A stretch of 64,000 nt of DNA from a virus (lineage: Duplodnaviria > Caudoviricetes): the IMG/VR virus record IMGVR_UViG_3300035180_001680. One strand, written 5' to 3'. Below are positions 42,816 through 49,065 of this stretch, in pieces. Both the position numbers and the translations under genes were made by a program. How positions within the stretch are numbered: the stretch's first letter is position 1; every line of letters starts with the position of its first letter. Under the pieces are notes generated by a model that saw only the letters and a program-made list of their open reading frames with translations, searched no databases and had not been told where the DNA came from.

Positions 42816-43585
42816 TTCGAAAGTCCTTTGATGAATTCGTTGTATTTTTTAGCCCACTGTGGATCTTTTGCAATAGCAGGTTCTCCTTCAGGCCATCTTC
42901 CTTTGATGACATCACGAACATACAAAAAAGCCAACTCTGGATTTTTTGCAATAACAGGTTCTGCTTCATGCCATCTTCCTTTGATGACATAACGAGCATA
43001 CGCATAAGCATACTCTGGAACTTTTGCAATAGCAGGTTCTCCTTTAGGAAACCTTCCTTTGATAACATTATGAGCATACAAATAAGCCAACTCTGGATCT
43101 TTTGCAAAGACATATTCTCCTTTAGGAAATCTTTCTTTAATGACATCTTCAGCATACTCATAAGCCCACTGTGGATTTTTTGCAATAGCAGGTTCTCCTT
43201 CAGGCCATCTTCCTTTGATGACACCACGAGCATACCAATAAGCATACTTTGGATCTTTTGCAATAGCAGGTTCTCCTTCAGGCCATCTTCCTTTGATGAC
43301 ATAATGATACTCATAAGCCCACTTTGGATCTTTTGCAATAACAGGTTCTGCTTCAGGCCATCTTCCTTTGATGACATTACAAGCATACTCATAAGCCCAC
43401 CGTGGATCTGTTGCAACAACAGATTCTGCTTCTTTCTTTTGTTGTGCATTCAGTTTTCCACTCTCTAGTGCCCCATAGGCCATCTCAGGCGTAGCCATGT
43501 GTTTTTTATCATATCCATGCAATTTTTCTGGATTTGAGTGGTATTTGTATAAATCCATTGCTTCAAATAAGTCACGTAATTTCAT
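42812..43585 (-). CDS. Array unit 5 (257 aa, 7 repeats, one codon deleted)
   Basis: Repeat 2 reads AYEYHYVIK, lacking the conserved Ala9. Confidence 0.9.
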   Translation of the reverse strand: MKLRDLFEAMDLYKYHSNPEKLHGYDKKHMATPEMAYGALESGKLNAQQKKEAESVVATDPRWAYEYACNVIKGRWPEAEPVIAKDPKWAYEYHYVIKGRWPEGEPAIAKDPKYAYWYARGVIKGRWPEGEPAIAKNPQWAYEYAEDVIKERFPKGEYVFAKDPELAYLYAHNVIKGRFPKGEPAIAKVPEYAYAYARYVIKGRWHEAEPVIAKNPELAFLYVRDVIKGRWPEGEPAIAKDPQWAKKYNEFIKGLSK

Positions 43586-44358
43586 TTTGAAATTCCTTTG
43601 ATGAATTGGTTATACTGTTTAGCATATGTTGGGTCTTTTGCAATAACAGGTTCTGCTTCAGGAAATCTTCCTTTGATGACATCACGAGCATACTCATAAG
43701 CCCACCGTGGATCTTTTGCAATAGCAGGTTCTCCTTCAGGCCATCTTCCTTTAATGACAGAACGAGCATAGTATAAAGCCCAATCTGCTTTTTTTGCAAT
43801 AACAGGTTCTCCTTCAGACCATCTTCCTTTGATGACATCACGAGCATAACCATAAGCCCAATCTGGATCTTTTGCAATAGCAGGTTCTCCTTTAGGCCAT
43901 CTTCCTTTGATGATATTACGAGCATACTCATAAGCCCACTGTGGACCTGTTGCAATAGCAGGTTCTCCTTTAGGCCATCTTCCTTTGATGACATCACGAG
44001 CATACCAATAAGCCAACCGTGGATCTTTTGCAATAACAGGTTCTGCTTCAGGCCATCTTCCTTTGATGGCATCGCGAGCATACCAATAAGCCAACTCTGG
44101 ATCTTTTGCAATAACAGGTTCTGCTTCAGGCCATCTTCTTTTGATGACAGAACGAGCATACCAATGAGCATACTCTGGATCTGTTACAATAACAGATTCT
44201 GCTTCTTTCTTTTGTTGTGCGTTTAATTTTCTACTCTTTAGTGCTTTAAAAGCCATCTCAGGCGTAGCCATGTGCTTTTTATCAAACCCATGCAATTTTT
44301 CTGGGTTTGAATGATATTTGTATAAATCCATCGCTTCGAATAAGTCACGTAGTTTCAT
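43582..44358 (-). CDS. Array unit 4 (258 aa, 7 repeats)
   Basis: Head, repeats and cap. ATGA overlap. Confidence 0.9.
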   Translation of the reverse strand: MKLRDLFEAMDLYKYHSNPEKLHGFDKKHMATPEMAFKALKSRKLNAQQKKEAESVIVTDPEYAHWYARSVIKRRWPEAEPVIAKDPELAYWYARDAIKGRWPEAEPVIAKDPRLAYWYARDVIKGRWPKGEPAIATGPQWAYEYARNIIKGRWPKGEPAIAKDPDWAYGYARDVIKGRWSEGEPVIAKKADWALYYARSVIKGRWPEGEPAIAKDPRWAYEYARDVIKGRFPEAEPVIAKDPTYAKQYNQFIKGISK

Positions 44359-45209
44359 TTTGAAATTCCTTTGATGTATTGTTTATAATATTTAGCATAC
44401 TCTGGATGTTTTGCAATAACAGGTTCTCCTTCAGGAAATCTTCCTTTGATGACATCACGAGCATACCAATAAGCATACTCTGGATGTTTTGCAATAACAG
44501 GTTCTCCTTCAGGAAATCTTCCTTTGATGACATCACGAGCATACCAATATGCTGACCCTGACTCTTTTGCAATAGCAGGTTCTCCTTCAGTCCATCTTCC
44601 TTTAATTACAGAACGAGCATAATGTAAAGCCCACCGTGGATCTTTTGCAATAGCAGGTTCTGCTCCAGGCCATCTTCCTTTGATGACATAACAAGCATAC
44701 TCATAAGCCCACTCTAGATCTTTTACAATAGCAGGTTCTCCTTCAGGCCATCTTCCTTCGACGACATCGTGAGCGTACATATAAGCCATCCGTGGATCTT
44801 TTGCAATAACAGGTTCTGCTTTAGGCCATCTTCCCTTGATGACATCACGAGCATAAATATAAGCCCACTTTGGATCTTTTGCAATAACAGGTTCTGTTTT
44901 AGGCCATCTTCCTTTGATGACATAACGAGCATACCTATAAGCCCACTCTGGAACTTTTGCAAAGACAGATTCTCCTTCAGGCCATCTTCCTTTGATGACA
45001 TCACGAGCATAAATGTAAACCAACTCTGGATCTGTTGCAACAACAGATTCTGCTTCTTTTCTCTGTTGTGCGTTTAATTTTCCACCTTTTAATGCTTCAA
45101 AAGCCATCTCAGGAGTAGCCATGTGTTTTTTATCAAACCCATGCAATTTTTTTGGATTCGAGTGATATTTGTATAAATCCATTGCTTCGAATAAGTCGCG
45201 TAGTTTCAT
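44355..45209 (-). CDS. Array unit 3 (284 aa, 8 repeats)
   Basis: Contains an exact 78-bp tandem duplication near its 3' end. Confidence 0.9.
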   Translation of the reverse strand: MKLRDLFEAMDLYKYHSNPKKLHGFDKKHMATPEMAFEALKGGKLNAQQRKEAESVVATDPELVYIYARDVIKGRWPEGESVFAKVPEWAYRYARYVIKGRWPKTEPVIAKDPKWAYIYARDVIKGRWPKAEPVIAKDPRMAYMYAHDVVEGRWPEGEPAIVKDLEWAYEYACYVIKGRWPGAEPAIAKDPRWALHYARSVIKGRWTEGEPAIAKESGSAYWYARDVIKGRFPEGEPVIAKHPEYAYWYARDVIKGRFPEGEPVIAKHPEYAKYYKQYIKGISK

Positions 45210-45904
45210 TTCGAAAGTCCTTTGATGAATTCGTTGTATTTGTTAGCCCATTCTGGATCTTTTGCAATAGCAGGTTCTCCTTCAGGCCATCTTCCTTTAA
45301 TGACATGACGAGCATACACATAAGCCCACTTTGGATCTTTTGCAATAGCAGGTTCTGCTTCAGGAAATCTTTCTTTAATGACATAATAAGCATAATATGA
45401 AGCCGACTGTAGATCTTTTACAATAGCAGGTTCTCCTTCAGGCCATCTTCCTTTAATGACATGACGAGCATACAACCAAGCCCATTCTGGATCTTTTGCA
45501 ATAACAGGTTCTGCTTTAGTCCATCTTCCTTTAATGACATGATGAGCATACCAACAAGCCCACTCTGGATCTTTTGCAATAACAGGTTCTGCTTTAGGCC
45601 ATCTTCCTTTGATGACATAACGAGCATAACTATAAGCCCACTCTGAATCTTCTGCAATAACAGGTTCTACTTTAGGCCATCTTCCTTTGATGACATAACG
45701 AGCATACCTATAAGCCCATCGTGGATCTGTTGCAATAACAGACTCCGCTTCTTTTTTCTGTTGTGCGTTTAGTTTTCCACTCTTTAGTGCCTCATAGGCC
45801 ATCTCAAGAGTAATTATGTGCTTTTTATCATATCCAGGTAACGTCTCTGGATTCGAGTGATATTTGTATAAGTCCATTGCTTCAAATAAGTCACGTAATT
45901 TCAT
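45206..45904 (-). CDS. Array unit 2 (232 aa, 6 repeats)
   Basis: Head variant ETLPGYDKKHI, shared with unit 11. Confidence 0.9.
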   Translation of the reverse strand: MKLRDLFEAMDLYKYHSNPETLPGYDKKHIITLEMAYEALKSGKLNAQQKKEAESVIATDPRWAYRYARYVIKGRWPKVEPVIAEDSEWAYSYARYVIKGRWPKAEPVIAKDPEWACWYAHHVIKGRWTKAEPVIAKDPEWAWLYARHVIKGRWPEGEPAIVKDLQSASYYAYYVIKERFPEAEPAIAKDPKWAYVYARHVIKGRWPEGEPAIAKDPEWANKYNEFIKGLSK

Positions 45905-46521
45905 TTTGAAAGTCCTTTAATAAATTCGTTGTATTTGTTAGCCCACTGTGGATCTTTTGCAATAGCAGGTTCTCCTTTAGGAAACCTTCCTTTGATGACA
46001 TGACGAGCATACGCATAAGCCCAATATGCTTTTTTTGCAATAGCAGGTTCTGCTTCAGGCCATCTTCCTTTAATGACATAACGAGCATACCCACAAGCAT
46101 ACTCTGGATCTTTTGCAATAGCAGGTTCTCCTTTAGGAAACCTTCCTTTGATGACATTGAGAGCATACGCATAAGCCCAATATGCTTTTTTTGCAATAGC
46201 AGGTTCTGCTTCAGGCCATCTTCCTTTGATGACATCACGAGCATACGCATGAACCCACAGTAGATCTTTTGCAATAACAGGTTCCGCTTTAGGCCATCTT
46301 CCCTTAATGACATAATGAGCATACCAATAAGCCCACTGTGGATCTGTTGCAACAACAGACTCTGCTTCTTTTTTCTGTTGTGCGTTTAATTTTCCACCTT
46401 TTAATGCTCTAAAAGCCATCTCAGGCGTAGCTATGTGTTTTTTATCATATCCATGTAACTTCTCTGGGTTTGAATGATATTTGTATAAATCCATTGCTTC
46501 GAATAAGTCGCGCAATTTCAT
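45901..46521 (-). CDS. Array unit 1 (206 aa, 5 repeats)
   Basis: Head, repeats and cap. Starts 6 nt after the 526-aa ORF. Confidence 0.9.
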   Translation of the reverse strand: MKLRDLFEAMDLYKYHSNPEKLHGYDKKHIATPEMAFRALKGGKLNAQQKKEAESVVATDPQWAYWYAHYVIKGRWPKAEPVIAKDLLWVHAYARDVIKGRWPEAEPAIAKKAYWAYAYALNVIKGRFPKGEPAIAKDPEYACGYARYVIKGRWPEAEPAIAKKAYWAYAYARHVIKGRFPKGEPAIAKDPQWANKYNEFIKGLSK

Positions 46522-46527
46522 TTTGAT

Positions 46528-48108
46528 TCACTTCTGTGACATGCTCATATATTTGTCTTTAATTATTTTTTCTAGGAACTTACTCCATTCTGGATATGAT
46601 GAAAGAAGTTTTATTTCTGTCTTGGTGATTTCTTGGTCTCGTTCGTTCATTAGCTGTCCTGATTCGTAATGAAATTGAAATTTACGTTGTCGACCCTGAG
46701 CGTCCTTCTCTGCTATTATAATCACGAAGAGTGGATCATTTTTAGAATAATAATCGAAGTTGCTTTTATTTACAGTACACCATTTTGTACCTGATGCATA
46801 ATAGCATGCTGCTTCGTGTGTCAGTAACCTCACAGCGAGGAACTTATCTGTTTTGATTAGCACTTCAACACCAGTCTGTTTGGTTTCTTTTTTAACGGAA
46901 CGATTACTTTTATGCTCTTTTGTTCCTTCAACTGCATCATACAATTGGTCCAAATTTGCAAATCTGTTTATGTCTTTTTGTTCTGGAGGCAACGAATTTT
47001 TCTTTTTGATAAACTCCGATAACGTATCCTTTATGCGTTCAACGTCCTCAACACGAAATTGTCTCAATGAATACATTCGTAAAATAAATGTTATAAAAGC
47101 TCCACGCTCTCCTGATGGGTCGGCTTGACTTAGTGTCGTGATGATGTGTTTGACATTTTGTGCCGGTTCGTGATCTTTTAATAAAGATTTCGCAGAACCA
47201 TCCTTGTCTGCTGCATCGAGTAATTTCGTTCCAAACTGTTTTGTTAATAATTCCATTTTTTGTTCAATACCTTCACTTAACAAAAATTGTAAAAGCGTTA
47301 TTTTTTTCATTTTATTTTCTTTCAACCGTGGATTTTCTTTTTTATGTGATAACACTTTTTCGTCACTTGTTGGCCACGAATATACATATTTCCCTGCAAA
47401 ATCTTTCACTAACATAAAAGTATATCCAAGAGTTTTGAAAATTTTAATATCAGCTGAGTAATCTGGAATTCTGTCATGAAAAATTAACTCTGCTTCTGTA
47501 TCACGACGCCCGTGATGTAGTACATAATTCGCGACTGCGTTAATTTCTTTATCTGTATTTGGTCCTTGACCCCCAAGACTTGCCAACACTTGGATGTCTT
47601 CTATTTTTGTATCAGTGAAAGGTTTAAAAACTGCGCGACCGATAGAGCGAATACCCGATGCCAAATAACCAGGTAGGTGTTTAACCATGTGCCACTCTGG
47701 GATGATTTTGTTGTCATTCGTAGATAATGCTTTCGACATTAATTTAGGTAAATTTTGTGGTGTAACAAGATCTGTTGATGGTTTTGTTTTAGGTGAGGAA
47801 GTTCTCCCCCCTGCATTTCTTGCAGCTTGTTCATCAGATATTTCATCTTGATGTGACAAATCTGCTTTGCTTAATTTTTTAGTAGCCTCGTGTGAAGACA
47901 AAGATCGTGTTTTGGCTGCTGTGGCTTCACGTGATGCTGTCTTCAATTTATTTGCAGACAGTTTTTCTTTTTCTTTTTCTTCTTTTGTTTTATATTCTTT
48001 TTTGTCAGTAGTAGATGGAAACTGATCCTGTTCATGGTCCAAACGAATTTGGTCAAATTTATCTTTTATTGATGAATGTGTTTTGGTATTAGTTTGTTGT
48101 TTTTTCAT
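46528..48108 (-). CDS. Late protein heading the array operon (526 aa, possibly two fused genes)
   Basis: TATAAATA promoter upstream. Internal MKKITLLQFLLSE at 47310. The C-half has the ACYYASGTKWCT...KFQFHYESGQLMNE motif. Confidence 0.65.
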   Translation of the reverse strand: MKKQQTNTKTHSSIKDKFDQIRLDHEQDQFPSTTDKKEYKTKEEKEKEKLSANKLKTASREATAAKTRSLSSHEATKKLSKADLSHQDEISDEQAARNAGGRTSSPKTKPSTDLVTPQNLPKLMSKALSTNDNKIIPEWHMVKHLPGYLASGIRSIGRAVFKPFTDTKIEDIQVLASLGGQGPNTDKEINAVANYVLHHGRRDTEAELIFHDRIPDYSADIKIFKTLGYTFMLVKDFAGKYVYSWPTSDEKVLSHKKENPRLKENKMKKITLLQFLLSEGIEQKMELLTKQFGTKLLDAADKDGSAKSLLKDHEPAQNVKHIITTLSQADPSGERGAFITFILRMYSLRQFRVEDVERIKDTLSEFIKKKNSLPPEQKDINRFANLDQLYDAVEGTKEHKSNRSVKKETKQTGVEVLIKTDKFLAVRLLTHEAACYYASGTKWCTVNKSNFDYYSKNDPLFVIIIAEKDAQGRQRKFQFHYESGQLMNERDQEITKTEIKLLSSYPEWSKFLEKIIKDKYMSMSQK

Positions 48109-48132
48109 GATAAACCCTCATAATATAAGATG

Positions 48133-48140
48133 TATTTATA
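48133..48140 (-). promoter_or_regulatory. T4-type late promoter TATAAATA for the 526-aa gene and array operon
   Basis: Exact consensus on the minus strand, 25 nt upstream of the ATG at 48108. Confidence 0.75.
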
Positions 48141-48529
48141 ACAAGATTGGTTTTGTTATCAATCTTACAGATAATATCAAAAGGGTGGTGTAAATGTGAA
48201 TACCTCACTCGTTCCAATTTGTTCTTTATCTGAAAAATCAGAGAGTGTGTAACGTTTTGATTATTGGTCAGGGACGAGAAATATTTCAGACAATTTCATT
48301 TAAATTTTGATTCAAGAGAAAACACAAATTCGTCCCAACCTACCTTGATCCACCTTGGAAGTTTTTCCAATCATGAGCAGAATGTTGATACTTTATTACA
48401 CCCTTCGAGTAAAGAGGGTAAATCGTGACATCGAGTTTTGAATGAATGTATAAGTGCAGTCGTTTGTGTTACCCCATCAGTTAAGTTATACACTTAAACA
48501 CAAAACATAGTTGGGGTCAACAATTATTT

Positions 48530-48925
48530 TCAAAATTCCACTAAATCGTTTAACATTTCTTCTTTTTTAATATCTTCTTCGCTTGTCCACTCTGGGATAA
48601 TCACTCCAATACTATCTTCTATCCATTTAGCAAGCACTCTCCTATGACAAAACTCTCCTGCACTTTCATAACAAAGCAGTCGAGTGTTATCCGGTAATGC
48701 ATCAACAATTTTTTGAGGATCATATTTACGAGATATCAAAAGATTGATATATCTGGTGGAATATTCTTCTTCAGTAATAATTCCACGTTTTATACCTGTT
48801 ACAAGTTCCCATGTTGGAGCGAGTTGTGGTAAACACTTCCCTTCATACCAATCAGGTGGTTTAACGCTGATTGCATACGAAAGAGAGTATTTTCCAGAAC
48901 GAGTGTAGTTAGATGTGTAAATCAA
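48530..48925 (-). CDS. DUF488-like protein (131 aa)
   Basis: YTS...AIS..PPDWY.G.....LAP.W...LLCYE...FCHRR.LA.W pattern. Confidence 0.65.
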   Translation of the reverse strand: MIYTSNYTRSGKYSLSYAISVKPPDWYEGKCLPQLAPTWELVTGIKRGIITEEEYSTRYINLLISRKYDPQKIVDALPDNTRLLCYESAGEFCHRRVLAKWIEDSIGVIIPEWTSEEDIKKEEMLNDLVEF

Positions 48926-49065
48926 CGTTTTATTTGTAATCTGTTTGAGATTTTAAGAAATCAACATATAATTTGGGTGGTGCTACTTCTTTCCAAATTT
49001 CAGAACAATTGGTTGTTTAAGTTGTTGTAATTTGCTTGTTGATATAATCGTTTAACTTTCCTTAA

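Larger units (their letters stand above)
28226..46521 (-). repeat. Tandem array of 27 paralogous 26-aa-repeat protein genes (156 copies of a 78-bp coding repeat)
   Basis: Every unit has a 59-aa head (MKLRDLFEAMDLYKYHSNPEKLHGYDKKHM...EAESVVAT), n copies of DPxWAYxYARDVIKGRWPEAEPVIAK and a 17-aa cap (DPxWAKKYNEFIKGLSK). Lengths are 76+26n aa. Units overlap by ATGA. Confidence 0.97.

Noticed and set aside
28226-46521. CRISPR array or integron cassette array
   Set aside because: The repeats are in-frame coding units with no unique spacers, no intergenic attC-like hairpins and no cas or integrase gene in the window.
28226-46521. Classical diversity-generating retroelement
   Set aside because: There is no reverse transcriptase, avd gene or non-coding template repeat in the window. 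Variation is spread over all repeats and shared as blocks, which fits recombination better. It cannot be fully excluded without the rest of the genome.
28226-46521. Array as an assembly artefact
   Set aside because: All 27 units differ, including at synonymous sites, and 25 keep their frame. Mis-assembly would give identical copies. Local order could still be wrong and needs long reads.
28195-46669. Dozens of overlapping ORFs in other frames and on the plus strand across the array (MLVMSSKEDGLKQNLLLQK..., IFCNSRFSFRPSSFDDITS...)
   Set aside because: They are shadows of the 78-bp coding repeat. Their starts and stops are inconsistent between units, and the synonymous-change pattern fits the MKLRD frame.
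48926-49065. Possible small gene between PolB and the DUF488-like gene
   Set aside because: I found only a start-less 28-codon open stretch, with no support for a real CDS.
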